Below are positions 19,927 through 30,121 of a stretch of 64,000 nucleotides of DNA, piece after piece. The stretch is from assembly GCA_963748625.1 (NCBI GenBank), contig CAVVJT010000003.1:224001-288000 (forward strand). The letters are read 5' to 3'. Both the position numbers and the translations under genes were made by a program. The notes under the pieces are model-generated. The model was given only the letters and a program-made list of their open reading frames with translations. It was not told the DNA's origin and did not search any database. Within the stretch, counting starts at the first letter, position 1. Each line of letters starts with the position of its first letter. Origin of the DNA: an uncultured Chloroflexia bacterium. Its GTDB lineage: Bacteria; Chloroflexota; Limnocylindria; Limnocylindrales; CSP1-4.

Positions 19927-22900
19927 TCAGGCCCCCTGGCCGACGCGCTGCAGGGCGATGCGGGCCTCACCCGCCTCAAGCCGCACGGCCACGACGGGCA
20001 GCCCCTCGGGCGGCGCCTCGCGGCGCACCTCGTCGGCAAGGGTCTCGGTGGCCACCGAGTCGAGGTAAGGCTCCACCTCGGTCGCCAGGCCTTCGATCCA
20101 GAGCACGATCCGGTCGTCGAGGTCCAGCTCGGCCTCCTTGCGGAGGTCCTGGACCGCGCGCGTCAGCTCGCGCCCGTCGCCCTCGGCGCGCAGCTCGGGC
20201 GTTAGCGCGGTGTCGATCACCGCCACCAGGCCGTCGTCGTGGGCCACAGCGGTGCCCGGCCGTGGGGTGGCCTGGATCTCAACCTCGTCGGGTGCAAGGG
20301 TCACGCCTGCAAGCGTGACCGACCCGTCGGCGTTGATCGTGAACGCGCCCTCGCGGGCGGCGGCCATGACAGCGGGGATCTGGGACCCGAGCTTCTTGCC
20401 GACCTTGGGCAGGAGGACCTTGACGCCCCGGTCCACGAGCTCGGACTCGTCGCCGATGAGCTCGACCACCTTGACGTTGGCCTCCACCCGGACGAGCTCC
20501 AGGAGCGCGTCCAACTCCCCGATCCGGCGCCCCGGCAGGGCCAGCCAGAGGCGGGCGAGCGGCTGGCGGACCTTCAGGCCGGCCTGGCCGCGCAGGGTCC
20601 GCGCGAGGTCCACGGCCTTGCGGGCCACGGCCATCGCCTCCTCGAGCGCCTCGTCGCGCAACGGGGCGAGCTCCGCGGCCGGCCACGGGGTCAGGTGCAC
20701 CGAGTCGGGGGCATCGGGATCGATGGCCGCGACCAGGTTCCCGTACATGGAGTCCGACACGAACGGGAGGATAGGGGCGACCGTCCGGGCCAGCCCGACC
20801 AGGGCCTGGTGGAGGGTTGCGAACGCGGCGTCGCGATCCGCGCCGGTGGCCCGCGACATGCGCCGGCGCGAGAGGCGCAGGTACCAGGTGGAGAGGTCGT
20901 CGATGTAGGCGTCGATCACCCTGGTTGCGGCCTCGACGTCGTAGTCGCGCAGCCTGGCCTCCACCGCGGCCACCACGCCCGCGGATCGCGAGAGGATCCA
21001 GCGGTCCAGCGGCGGACGGTCGGCGATGGCCGGCGCGCCCGAGGCGGGTGTCCAGCCGGCGAGCCGGGCATAGGTGACGAAGAACGAGTAGACGTTCCAC
21101 AGCACGAGGAGGCCGCGCCGGGCCTCGTCCGCGGCGTGCCAGCCGAAGAGGATGTTGTCCTCGGGCCGTGCGCTCGCATACATCCAGCGCATGACGTCCA
21201 CGCCCATCCGCTCGGCCGCCTCGTCGAACTCGATGGCATTGCCCCAGCTCTTGTGCATGGGCCGGCCGTCCTCGCCGAAGAGGGTGGCGTACCCGAAGAT
21301 CGTCTTGAAGGGCTCCTCGCGCCGCAGGACCGTTGACATCGCGAGCATGGCGTAGAACCAGTTCCGGAACTGGCCGGGGAAGCTCTCCGTGATGAAGTCG
21401 GCCGGGAACCACTTGGCCCAGCTCTCGGGATCCTCGCGGAAGTGCATCGTGGAGAACGGCACGATGCCCGCGTCCAGCCACGGGTTGCCCACGTCCGCGA
21501 TCCGCGAGACCGCCTCGCCGCACGACGGGCAGGCGATCCGCACCTCGTCCACGAACGGGCGGTGTGGCGTATGGCCGTCGAACGCGTCCCAGCCGGCCAC
21601 CGCGCGCGCCTGCAGCTCCTCGCGCCCGCCGATGACGTCGAACGCCCCGCATGCCTTGCAGTCGTAGATGGGCAGGGCGAGGCCGTAGTAGCGCTTCTTG
21701 GAGATCATCCAGTCGCGCATGTTCAGGAGCCAGTCCAGCTCCCGCTCGTACCCGAAGTCCGGAATCCACCGGATCCGGTCCACCACCTCCATGATCTGGT
21801 AGCGGAGGCTCGCGTCGACCTGCTCCTTTGTGAGGGCATCGCGGGGCTGGTCGTAGACCTCGCCCATCGAGATGAACCACTCGTCCACGAGACGGAAGAG
21901 CAGCGGCGTGCTGCAGCGCCAGCAGTGCGGGTAGCGGTGCTTGTACGGCTCCAGGTGGTAGAAGAAGCCGCGCTGCTCCAGGTCGTCCACGACCTGCTCC
22001 GCCACCGCGGGCGCGTCGAGGCCGGTGAGCCAGCCGAAGCCCTGGTAGTAGCGGCCGTCCTCGTCGATGGGGCCCAGCACGGGCAGGCCGATCTCGCGGC
22101 CCAGCTGGTAGTCCTCCGCGCCACAGCCCGGCGCGATGTGGACGATGCCGGTGCCCTCCTCCTCGCCGACCATGTCCCAGGCGACCACCCGGTGCTCGTA
22201 GCCCGTCTCGGCAAAGGCGGCCTGGACGGCCGGCAGCCCGTCGAACGGGCCGGTGTACCGCCAGCCGGCGAGGGTCGCGCCGGTCGTCTCCTCGAGGACC
22301 TTGAAGGGTCCCCGGAGGGCCTGCTTCATGGTGTCCTTGCCCAGCCAGAAGACGTCGTCGCCCTGCTGGACCTTGACGTAGGCGAGGTCGTTGCCCACGG
22401 CGGCCGCGACGTTGGCGGCCAGCGTCCAGGGCGTCGTGGTCCAGACGAGCAGCGCCTCGCCCGGGCGGTCGAGCAGCGGGAAGCGGACGGTGAGGCCCGG
22501 GTCCTCGCGGTCCGCGTAGCCCTCGTTCATCTCCATCTGGGAGAGGCCGGTACCGCAGCGCGGGCACCAGGGCATCGTGTCGTTGCCCTTGTACACCCAG
22601 CCGCGCTTGTGGCACTCGGCGAGGAAGCCCCAGATGAGGTCGTTGTTCTCGTTGCTGAACGTGAAGTAGGACCCGCCCACGTCCGGCATGCCCAAGCGGC
22701 CCACGACCATCTCGACCGTGTCGGTGACCGGACCCTCGGGGCGCTCGATCGTGACGACCTGCGTCGGGTCCTCCTTGAGCGCATCGCGCAGGCGCAGGAG
22801 CTCCGCGGGGTCGTTCCAGTCCATCCAGTAGCCCAGGCGGATGGACTGCTCGGTCTGGCGGGCGGCGAAGGTCAGCACGCGCTGCTTGCACAGGCTTACG

Positions 22901-23247
22901 AACTCCGCGATGCCGAAGTCCTCGATGTCGCGCTTGCTCTTGAAACCGAGGTCCCGCTCGACGTTGACCTCCACCCAGAGGCCCTGGCAGTCGAACCCGT
23001 TCTGGTAGCGCTGGTCCTCGCCCAGCATGGCGTGGAACCGCTGGTAGAGGTCCTTGTAGGTGCGGCCCCAGGCGTGGTGGACACCCATCGGGTTGTTGGC
23101 GGTGATCGGCCCATCGAGGAAGCTGAAGCGGGCATTGCCGGCGTTCTGGGCGCGCAGCCGCGCGAAGGTCCTGCGCTCCGCCCACTCGCGGAGCAGCTCA
23201 TGCTCCTGGGCGACGAAGTCGGGTCGGGCGGTGACGGGCTGGAACAT
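19927..23247 (-). CDS. ileS: Isoleucine-tRNA ligase, type 2-like
   Basis: DGPITANNPMGVHH, WTTTPWTL, GTGIVHIAPG, DWMISKKRYYG and PMHKS; long type-2-like C-terminus. Confidence 0.96.
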   Translation of the reverse strand: MFQPVTARPDFVAQEHELLREWAERRTFARLRAQNAGNARFSFLDGPITANNPMGVHHAWGRTYKDLYQRFHAMLGEDQRYQNGFDCQGLWVEVNVERDLGFKSKRDIEDFGIAEFVSLCKQRVLTFAARQTEQSIRLGYWMDWNDPAELLRLRDALKEDPTQVVTIERPEGPVTDTVEMVVGRLGMPDVGGSYFTFSNENNDLIWGFLAECHKRGWVYKGNDTMPWCPRCGTGLSQMEMNEGYADREDPGLTVRFPLLDRPGEALLVWTTTPWTLAANVAAAVGNDLAYVKVQQGDDVFWLGKDTMKQALRGPFKVLEETTGATLAGWRYTGPFDGLPAVQAAFAETGYEHRVVAWDMVGEEEGTGIVHIAPGCGAEDYQLGREIGLPVLGPIDEDGRYYQGFGWLTGLDAPAVAEQVVDDLEQRGFFYHLEPYKHRYPHCWRCSTPLLFRLVDEWFISMGEVYDQPRDALTKEQVDASLRYQIMEVVDRIRWIPDFGYERELDWLLNMRDWMISKKRYYGLALPIYDCKACGAFDVIGGREELQARAVAGWDAFDGHTPHRPFVDEVRIACPSCGEAVSRIADVGNPWLDAGIVPFSTMHFREDPESWAKWFPADFITESFPGQFRNWFYAMLAMSTVLRREEPFKTIFGYATLFGEDGRPMHKSWGNAIEFDEAAERMGVDVMRWMYASARPEDNILFGWHAADEARRGLLVLWNVYSFFVTYARLAGWTPASGAPAIADRPPLDRWILSRSAGVVAAVEARLRDYDVEAATRVIDAYIDDLSTWYLRLSRRRMSRATGADRDAAFATLHQALVGLARTVAPILPFVSDSMYGNLVAAIDPDAPDSVHLTPWPAAELAPLRDEALEEAMAVARKAVDLARTLRGQAGLKVRQPLARLWLALPGRRIGELDALLELVRVEANVKVVELIGDESELVDRGVKVLLPKVGKKLGSQIPAVMAAAREGAFTINADGSVTLAGVTLAPDEVEIQATPRPGTAVAHDDGLVAVIDTALTPELRAEGDGRELTRAVQDLRKEAELDLDDRIVLWIEGLATEVEPYLDSVATETLADEVRREAPPEGLPVVAVRLEAGEARIALQRVGQGA

Positions 23248-23402
23248 CTGGCCTCGATGACCGCCTCGCGGATCCTGGGCTGGGCGCGGCGGGGCACCAG
23301 TCTATCGGCAGGGGGCGCGGTTGCGCGGTGCGTGCCCTTCGCGCAGGCGGGCGCTCGTGCGCGTGCGGCCCGAATCACGCTACCGGTGTAGCATTCCGGC
23401 CG

Positions 23403-25256
23403 ATGTCGACTCCCCAGCGGACCCCGCGTTCCCGCTCCCCGTTTGCCGCGGCCTTTCTCTCCCTGATCTTCCCCGGACTCGGCCACGCCTACGCCGGTGC
23501 CTTCATGCGCGCGCTCGGGTTCGCCGCCGCACCGCTGCTCGTGCTCGCCTTCGGGGCTGGCGTCGTGCTGCGCATCGACAAGGCGGAGTTGCTGGGCAGT
23601 CTCGTCAACCAGACCGCCTTGATCGCGATCTTCGTGCTCAACATCCTGGCGCTCGTCTACCGGATCGTCGCCGCCGTCGATGCGTGGCAGGTCGCGCGCT
23701 TCCTGAACGCCTCCGACGCATCAGGCGACGGCCGGGTCGGGCGCGCCAAGCTGCCGCTCCACCCGGTCTCGATCGCGGGCCTGCTCGCCGTCGTCCTGGT
23801 GATGGGCATGGGCCATCTCGCGATCGCCCGCTACAACGTCCTGGCCCTGGACCTCGTGAACTGCGTGTTCTCGGCCGACGGCGAGGAGGCCGACTGCAGC
23901 GACGACGGTGACAACGGCGGCACGGCGAATGCCACCGGGACGCCGGCCGCGGAGACCATGCCGCCCACGGGCAGCCCGGGCGCCAGCGAGCAGCCTGCGG
24001 TGAGCGAGGGTGCGCCCACCCCTGACGCGGGTGCCACCGGCACACTCGCCCCCACCCTGGCGCCCTGGGACGGCAAGGAGCGCCTGAACATCCTCGCGGT
24101 GGGCGTGGATGCGCGCGACGGCGACAGCACCTACAACACCGACACCCTGATCGTCATCTCCATCGATCCCGAGACCAAGCAGGTCGCCATGTTCCAGGTC
24201 CCGCGCGACATGGCGGATGTCCCGGTCCCCGCCAACGCGCGCAGCCTGTGGGGTGCCACCTACGGCGGCAAGATCAACAGCTGGTGGATGCAGAACCGCA
24301 ACCGCACCGACCTCTGGCGTGGGAAGTCCGCCCAGACCCGCGGCTTCAATGCCCTCAAGGGCATCCTCGGTGAGCTGTACGGGCTCGACATCCGCTACTA
24401 CGTCAAGGTGGACTTCGATGGCTACCGCAAGGTGGTCAACACCCTCGGCGGCATCCAGATCAACGTCCAGATCCCGGTCTACGAGTCCACGTACCCGGCG
24501 GCCGGCGGCCTGACCCGCATCTACATCCCGGCCGGTCCCCAGCATATGACCGGCCAGGAGTCCCTGATGTACGCGCGGTCGCGGCACCGCGCCCAGGGCG
24601 GTGACTTCGACCGCGGCCGGCGCCAGCAGCGCGTGCTGCTCTCGCTCAAGGAGCAGATGAACGCCGCCGCGATCATCGACAACCTGCCGAGCCTGGTGAA
24701 GACCTTGGGCGAGTCCGTGAAGACGGACATCCCGGTCGGCGAGATGCCCAAGCTCCTCGCGCTCGCGGAGAGCGTGGACACGAAGAGCATCCGCTCGTAC
24801 GTGTTCGCGCCCAGCTTCTATGCGACGGAGAACGCCAACTCGTCGCGGGGCTACATCATCACGCCCAACGTCGTGCGCATCCGCAAGGCGGTCAAGGAGG
24901 CGTTCAGCATCAAGCCTGCCGTCCTCGCCCAGCGCGAGCGTCTGGGCGCCGAGGCCGCGCGCGTCTGGGTCAAGAACGCCGCCGGACGACCGGGCCTGGC
25001 AGCCGACGTCGCCGAGTATCTCGCCTACTTCGGGGCCGACGCGTCCGCGCCCAACACGAAGAACCCGCCGACCGCCGCCAAGACCAAGATCGTCGTGTAC
25101 AACGGCGCCGAGGCGACGATGCCCGAGACCGTCAAGTACCTGGAGAACAAGTTCGGCGTCAAGGTGACCGTGGCCACGGATCCGACGGTCCCCGTGGACA
25201 TCGTCATCACGCTGGGCCAGGATTCCCCGAACCTCTCGGTGGACGCAGTCGGCTGA
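23403..25256 (+). CDS. LCP (LytR-CpsA-Psr) family protein with N-terminal TMs and LytR_C domain
   Basis: NILAVGVDAR, TDTLIV, PRD, KIN, YARSRH, DFDRGRRQQ; C-terminal VKNAAGRPGLAA...DIVITLGQD. Confidence 0.92.
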   Translation: MSTPQRTPRSRSPFAAAFLSLIFPGLGHAYAGAFMRALGFAAAPLLVLAFGAGVVLRIDKAELLGSLVNQTALIAIFVLNILALVYRIVAAVDAWQVARFLNASDASGDGRVGRAKLPLHPVSIAGLLAVVLVMGMGHLAIARYNVLALDLVNCVFSADGEEADCSDDGDNGGTANATGTPAAETMPPTGSPGASEQPAVSEGAPTPDAGATGTLAPTLAPWDGKERLNILAVGVDARDGDSTYNTDTLIVISIDPETKQVAMFQVPRDMADVPVPANARSLWGATYGGKINSWWMQNRNRTDLWRGKSAQTRGFNALKGILGELYGLDIRYYVKVDFDGYRKVVNTLGGIQINVQIPVYESTYPAAGGLTRIYIPAGPQHMTGQESLMYARSRHRAQGGDFDRGRRQQRVLLSLKEQMNAAAIIDNLPSLVKTLGESVKTDIPVGEMPKLLALAESVDTKSIRSYVFAPSFYATENANSSRGYIITPNVVRIRKAVKEAFSIKPAVLAQRERLGAEAARVWVKNAAGRPGLAADVAEYLAYFGADASAPNTKNPPTAAKTKIVVYNGAEATMPETVKYLENKFGVKVTVATDPTVPVDIVITLGQDSPNLSVDAVG

Positions 25257-25279
25257 CGCTCCCGGCGCCACGCAACAGA

Positions 25280-25311
25280 ACGGCCCGCCGCCTCCGGGGC
25301 GCGCGGGCCGT
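25280..25311. terminator. GC-rich hairpin between the convergent LCP and ilvE genes
   Basis: acggcccg...cgggccgt inverted repeat. Confidence 0.5.
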
Positions 25312-25349
25312 CGTCGTTCCGGTGGGGTGCGGGATGGCACCCGCCGTGC

Positions 25350-26315
25350 CTACGCCGTGGTGAGCCAGCCCTGGTACTCGGCCAGCCGACCGCGGACCGC
25401 GGCGAAGTAGCGCTCGCTGATGGCGCGGGAGATCGGGCCGATCTGCCCGGTGCCCACCGCGCGATGGTCAACCTCGACCACGGGGCTCACCTGGACGCCC
25501 GTGCCGCACATGAAGATCTCGTCGCAGACGTAGAGCTCCGAGCGGTCGATCGAGCGGACCTCGGTGGGATACCCGAGGTCCTTGGCCAGGCTCAGGATCG
25601 CATTGCGCGTCACGCCCTCGAGGATGTCGTCCGAGACCGGAGGGGTGAGCACGACGCCGTTGCGGACCACGAAGAGGTTGGCCGCGGAGCCCTCCGACGC
25701 GTGGCCATCGGGGGTCATGACCAGCGCCTCGTCGAAGCCGTTGAGCTCCGCCTCGGACTTCTGGAAGGCCATGTTCACGTAGCCGCCCACCAGCTTGCCG
25801 CGGGCCGGGAGCGCCTCGTCCGCGTTGCGCCGCCAGGATGACGACATGACGCGGATCCCGTGCTCCACGTCCACGTAGTTGCCGAACGGCGTGACGATCA
25901 CGTAGAGCTCGTGCTCAAGGTGATGGAGCCGGACGCCGATCGCACGCGTGCTCTTGTAGAACGAGGGGCGGATGTAGATGTCCTGGCGGAAGCCGTTGCG
26001 GCGCACCGTCTCGAGGACGATCTCCACCAGCTCGTCCACCGGGGGCAGGTTCTCCATCAGCAGCATCTTGGCGCTGTTGCGGATCCGCTCCATGTGCTCG
26101 CGCACGAACAGGACGTGCAGCTCCTGCTGCTCCTCGTTCCAGTAGCCGCGGATGCCCTCGAAGGTGGCCGTCCCATACATGAACGCGTGGGTCATGATGC
26201 TGACCTTGGCGTCCTTCAGCGCAACCCAGTCGCCCTCGAAGTAGGCGATGGAGTCGTCGAGGGTGGTGGCGGGCGCGGGCTGCGCGGGCGTGTCGGAAGG
26301 CTGCTGCGTCAGCAT
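25350..26315 (-). CDS. ilvE: Branched-chain amino acid aminotransferase
   Basis: YGTATFEGIRGY, EGSAANLF, ILEGVTR and FMCGTG motifs. Confidence 0.93.
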   Translation of the reverse strand: MLTQQPSDTPAQPAPATTLDDSIAYFEGDWVALKDAKVSIMTHAFMYGTATFEGIRGYWNEEQQELHVLFVREHMERIRNSAKMLLMENLPPVDELVEIVLETVRRNGFRQDIYIRPSFYKSTRAIGVRLHHLEHELYVIVTPFGNYVDVEHGIRVMSSSWRRNADEALPARGKLVGGYVNMAFQKSEAELNGFDEALVMTPDGHASEGSAANLFVVRNGVVLTPPVSDDILEGVTRNAILSLAKDLGYPTEVRSIDRSELYVCDEIFMCGTGVQVSPVVEVDHRAVGTGQIGPISRAISERYFAAVRGRLAEYQGWLTTA

Positions 26316-26400
26316 GGGTCGGCTCCAGGTCGGATGCGGCGGACGGCCGCGGATGCCTCGTGGTGCGGGCAGTCTACCACCGCGGATTCACGCTCCCGCA

Positions 26401-26473
26401 GGCGGCGCCCGGCCCCTGTGGGCGGCGCCGGGCCCCTGCGGGCGGCGCCCGGCCCCTGCGGGCGGCGCCCGGC
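26401..26473. repeat. 20-bp GC-rich tandem repeat, about 3.6 copies
   Basis: ggcggcgcccggcccctgcg units between the antiporter stop codon and the ilvE upstream region. Confidence 0.8.
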
Positions 26474-26474
26474 T

Positions 26475-27536
26475 TCAGCCGACGGGGATGACGCCGGCGA
26501 CCGCCAGGATCACGATCGCCAGGTAGACCAGGTACAGCGCGCCTCCGACCAGCAGCCACGGCCCGTCCAACCGCGCCCGCCGCCACATGGGCCCGAAGAT
26601 CACGGCCACCGCCGCGAACGCCATGCCGGCCGACAGGAACGCGATCCAGGTCTCCGGGCCCACGTACCACTCGGACGGGGCGAGCAGCAGCGCCACCACG
26701 ACCGGGATGGCGGACTGGAACACCATGGCACCCGTGATGTTGCCCATGGCCAGGGTGTCCTTGCCCTGGCGCACCCAGATCAGCGAGTTGAACTTCTCAG
26801 GGAGCTCGGTGGCGATCGGGGCGATCACCAGGGCCAGCAGGATCTCGCTGACGCCCAGGATCGCCGCCAGGTTGTTGACCGCGCCCACGAACAGGTAGGC
26901 GCCGCCGATGATGCAGGCCAGGGCGACGAGCACCTGCGCGGACACGATCCACATCCGCGGCTCGTGCGGGTCCAGGCGGTGGCCGCGACGGTCGATCCGG
27001 TGGAAGCGCAGGGGCGCAAGCTCGTCGTCGTTGTCCCCTCCTCCTTCGCCCGCGAAGTGGCCCTTCACGTAGTACACGTAGATGCCGATCAGCACGACCG
27101 CGACCGCGACCTTGGCGTAGCCGTACTCGGGCGGCAGGAAGGCGCTCGCGATGGCGATCGCATAGGCGACGACGAAGTAGCGGATGTCGTGGACCAGCAC
27201 CGTGGTGTCCACCACCATCCGGGTCCCCGTGTACCGGCGGTGCCGGAACGCGATCACGCCGACCCCGGTCACGAACATCGCGAGCGTGGAGAGCATGAAC
27301 GGGGCACCGAGGATGGCGCCGATGCCCACTTCGTCGGTGTGCTCGCCAGTGCCGAACACGATGGCGATGATCGGGATCATGGTCTCGGGGAGCGCCGTGC
27401 CCACGGCCGCGAGGACGGAACCCACGGCGCCCTGGCCCAGCTGGAGCTTGCGCCCGAACCATTCGATGCCGTTCGTGAAGAGCTCGGCCCCCGTGAGGAT
27501 CACGACGAACGCCACGGCGAGGAGGAGGACGTCCAT
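26475..27536 (-). CDS. Sodium:calcium (CaCA) antiporter family protein
   Basis: Alpha-repeat motifs AVGTALPET and PIATELPEK, plus GNITG; about 10 TM. Confidence 0.9.
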   Translation of the reverse strand: MDVLLLAVAFVVILTGAELFTNGIEWFGRKLQLGQGAVGSVLAAVGTALPETMIPIIAIVFGTGEHTDEVGIGAILGAPFMLSTLAMFVTGVGVIAFRHRRYTGTRMVVDTTVLVHDIRYFVVAYAIAIASAFLPPEYGYAKVAVAVVLIGIYVYYVKGHFAGEGGGDNDDELAPLRFHRIDRRGHRLDPHEPRMWIVSAQVLVALACIIGGAYLFVGAVNNLAAILGVSEILLALVIAPIATELPEKFNSLIWVRQGKDTLAMGNITGAMVFQSAIPVVVALLLAPSEWYVGPETWIAFLSAGMAFAAVAVIFGPMWRRARLDGPWLLVGGALYLVYLAIVILAVAGVIPVG

Positions 27537-27922
27537 CAGGCCCCCATGCCGACGGCGGTGACGATCGAGATCAGGACGACCAGGAGCACGAGGAGCGAGA
27601 TGACGGCGAACCGGCGCTCACCGGTGGCCAGGAACCCGACACCCGCCACGACGACGCGGCCGATGGGAATGGCGATGATGAGCACGATGCCGGCCCACAG
27701 GAACCCTTCGGGCTGCAGCGCCAGCATGGCCCGGATGATGTCCAGCGGGTCGAGGGCCGGTTCCAGCGCATGGTCGAGCGGATCGATGCCCTGGATCCCG
27801 GCGAGGACGATGCCCACGACGATCAGCATCATGGCGGTATAGACGCCCCAGACCATGAACTGGCCGATGCGCGTCTCCAGGCGCGCGGCGACGTCGGAGG
27901 CGGGTGCGCCGGCGCTGCTCAC
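27536..27922 (-). CDS. DUF1634-like membrane protein
   Basis: 3 TM and GIVLIIAIPIGRV motif; coupled to the TauE gene. Confidence 0.75.
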   Translation of the reverse strand: MSSAGAPASDVAARLETRIGQFMVWGVYTAMMLIVVGIVLAGIQGIDPLDHALEPALDPLDIIRAMLALQPEGFLWAGIVLIIAIPIGRVVVAGVGFLATGERRFAVISLLVLLVVLISIVTAVGMGA

Positions 27923-28797
27923 AGCGCGAGCGCCTTGCGGGTCATCTGGACGGCCGTGTAGACGAGCACCGCCACGAAGACCCAGCGCAGGACGTTGATC
28001 GGAATGCGGTGCGCGATACGCGGGCCGGTGGAGGCACCGACGAACACGCCCAGGGCGATCGGGCCGGCGATGAACGGATCGATCTCGCCGTGCACCGCGT
28101 AGATGACCGCGGACGACACGGCCGTGATGCCCATCATCATGTTGCTGGTGGCCGCCGACACCCGCAGTGGAACGCCCATGCCGACGTGCATCAGCGGGAC
28201 CTTGATGATCCCTCCGCCGACACCCAGCAGCGCCGAGTTCACGCCGGCGACGACCGAGCCCGCCATCCCGAGAGGCAGGCTGTGCACCCGGTAGCCGGAG
28301 CCCGAGAGCGCACCAAGGAAGGTGCCATCTGCCGCCGGGGCCTCGAGGGCCGGGGCGTTGTCGGGTGCCGCGGCGGCGGATGCAGCTCTCGTGTCCCCGC
28401 TGCCCTCGGGAGCGACCGGCTCATCCTTCCGGGCAGGCTCGCGGCGGCGTGCCATGGTGACCGCCGTCCAGACGAGCAGGATGGTGAACAGCCCCGCGAT
28501 GACCTGCTCGTCGAGCACGAAGGCGAGCAGGCCGCCGGCGAGCGCGCCGACGGCCGAGAAGAGCTCGAGGGTCATGCCCAGCCGCAAGTTGGCGACGTGG
28601 CGCTCCAGGTACACCGCCGTTGAGGCGCTGGAGGTCACGACCACGGCGACCAGTGAGATCGCCACGGCCTCACGCAGGGGCAGCCCGAAGCCGAGGGTCA
28701 TGATCGGCACCAGGAGAATCCCGCCACCGAGGCCCAGCAGTGAGCCGAACAGGCCCGCGGCAGCTCCTCCGGCCAGCAGGATCAGGCCGACCGTCAC
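27919..28797 (-). CDS. Sulfite exporter TauE/SafE family permease
   Basis: GSLLGLGGG and LLGVGGGIIKVP repeats; AATSN motif. Confidence 0.9.
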   Translation of the reverse strand: MTVGLILLAGGAAAGLFGSLLGLGGGILLVPIMTLGFGLPLREAVAISLVAVVVTSSASTAVYLERHVANLRLGMTLELFSAVGALAGGLLAFVLDEQVIAGLFTILLVWTAVTMARRREPARKDEPVAPEGSGDTRAASAAAAPDNAPALEAPAADGTFLGALSGSGYRVHSLPLGMAGSVVAGVNSALLGVGGGIIKVPLMHVGMGVPLRVSAATSNMMMGITAVSSAVIYAVHGEIDPFIAGPIALGVFVGASTGPRIAHRIPINVLRWVFVAVLVYTAVQMTRKALAL

Positions 28798-28854
28798 CGG
28801 GAGGCTGGGGCGCCGTTCGGCACCCCGCGTCCCCCGCCGAGGCGGTTCACAGCG

Positions 28855-29118
28855 CTATGGGCGCAGGTGCTGCGGCGCGTACGGGAGCAGCGCCACGTGG
28901 CGAGCCCGCTTGAGCGCGACCGACAGTTCACGCTGGTGCGCGGCGCAGGTCCCGGTCTTGCGGCGCGGCTCGATCTTGGCGCGCTCGGAGAGATAGCGGC
29001 GGAGGCGGTTGACCTCCTTGTAGTCGATCGAGACGGTCTTGTCGGCACAGAAGGAGCAGACCTTCCGGCGCCGGCGATCGCGGTAGTAGTCGTCGCGCTT
29101 CTTCATGCGGGGCGGCAT
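28855..29118 (-). CDS. rpsR: 30S ribosomal protein S18
   Basis: [21 protein letters not shown] and [11 protein letters not shown] motifs. Confidence 0.97.
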   Translation of the reverse strand: MPPRMKKRDDYYRDRRRRKVCSFCADKTVSIDYKEVNRLRRYLSERAKIEPRRKTGTCAAHQRELSVALKRARHVALLPYAPQHLRP

Positions 29119-29182
29119 TGGGTATCTCCTGTGATGTGCGGGCCAGGCCCGCGGAGCGGCCGGTCAGGCCGCGGAAGGTTCG

Positions 29183-29665
29183 TCAGAAGGGGAGGTCGTC
29201 GAAGTCGTCGTCGCGTGACGCCGGCGCGGGGGCCGGTGCCTGCGGGCGCGTGGGGCGGACGGGTTCACCGCCGCCGGCACCGCCGGGCTGCGCAGCGAAC
29301 GAGCCTGGACCGGGATCGCCGTCAGTCGCCTGGCGCCGCTCGAGGCCCACCACGTTGTCAGCGGTGATCTCGAGCGAGACGCGCTTCTGGCCTTCGCGGG
29401 TCTCGTACTCGCGGGTCCGGAACCGGCCCTCGACGAACACGCTGTTGCCCTTGCGCAGGGTCTCGGCGGTCCGCTCGGCGCGGTCACCCCAGACGGTGAC
29501 GCGGTACCAGTCCGTGGCCTCGATCCATTCGCCCGTCTGCTGGTTCTTCGTGCTCTGGTTCACCGCCACGGTGAACTCGGTCACGGGACGCCCGTTGGGC
29601 GTGTACCGCATCTCGGGGTCACGGCCGAGGTTGCCGATGATCATCGCCTTCGCGAACGACGCCAT
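29183..29665 (-). CDS. ssb: Single-stranded DNA-binding protein
   Basis: IIGNLGRDPEMRYTPNG; C-terminal DDLPF. Confidence 0.97.
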   Translation of the reverse strand: MASFAKAMIIGNLGRDPEMRYTPNGRPVTEFTVAVNQSTKNQQTGEWIEATDWYRVTVWGDRAERTAETLRKGNSVFVEGRFRTREYETREGQKRVSLEITADNVVGLERRQATDGDPGPGSFAAQPGGAGGGEPVRPTRPQAPAPAPASRDDDFDDLPF

Positions 29666-29680
29666 CGCCGGCTCCTCTCG

Positions 29681-30112
29681 TCAGTCGATGGCCGCGGGCG
29701 CGGCCTCGGTCTCGGATTCGTCGATCTGCTCGCCGGGATCCTCGTCCTCGTCGTCCTCGGCCGGCGGAAGGTCAGGATCGATGTCCTCACCCTCGCCCGA
29801 GGCCGCATCGCGGCGCGACTTGACCGGCTTGATCACCCGGGTCACGAGGGACCGCAGCACGTCCTCGGTGATCTGGAGGCTGCGCTCGAGCTCGGCGATG
29901 GCCTCGGCCGGGGACTCGAAGACCACGATGTGGTACGAGCCCTCGCGGTGGCGATCGATGGGATACGCGAGGCGGCGGCGTCCCCAGGGAGCGACCTTGA
30001 CGATCTGCCCGCCCGCGGCGACGACGTAGCGCGTGGTGCGGTCGATGACCGCGGCAGCCCGCTCATCCGGCACATCCGGCCGGAGGACGAGCATGAGTTC
30101 ATAGCGGCGCAC
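29681..30112 (-). CDS. rpsF: 30S ribosomal protein S6
   Basis: VRRYELMLVLRP and WGRRRLAYPI; GAAGGAG RBS before GTG at 30112. Confidence 0.96.
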   Translation of the reverse strand: MRRYELMLVLRPDVPDERAAAVIDRTTRYVVAAGGQIVKVAPWGRRRLAYPIDRHREGSYHIVVFESPAEAIAELERSLQITEDVLRSLVTRVIKPVKSRRDAASGEGEDIDPDLPPAEDDEDEDPGEQIDESETEAAPAAID

Positions 30113-30121
30113 GGCCTGCTC

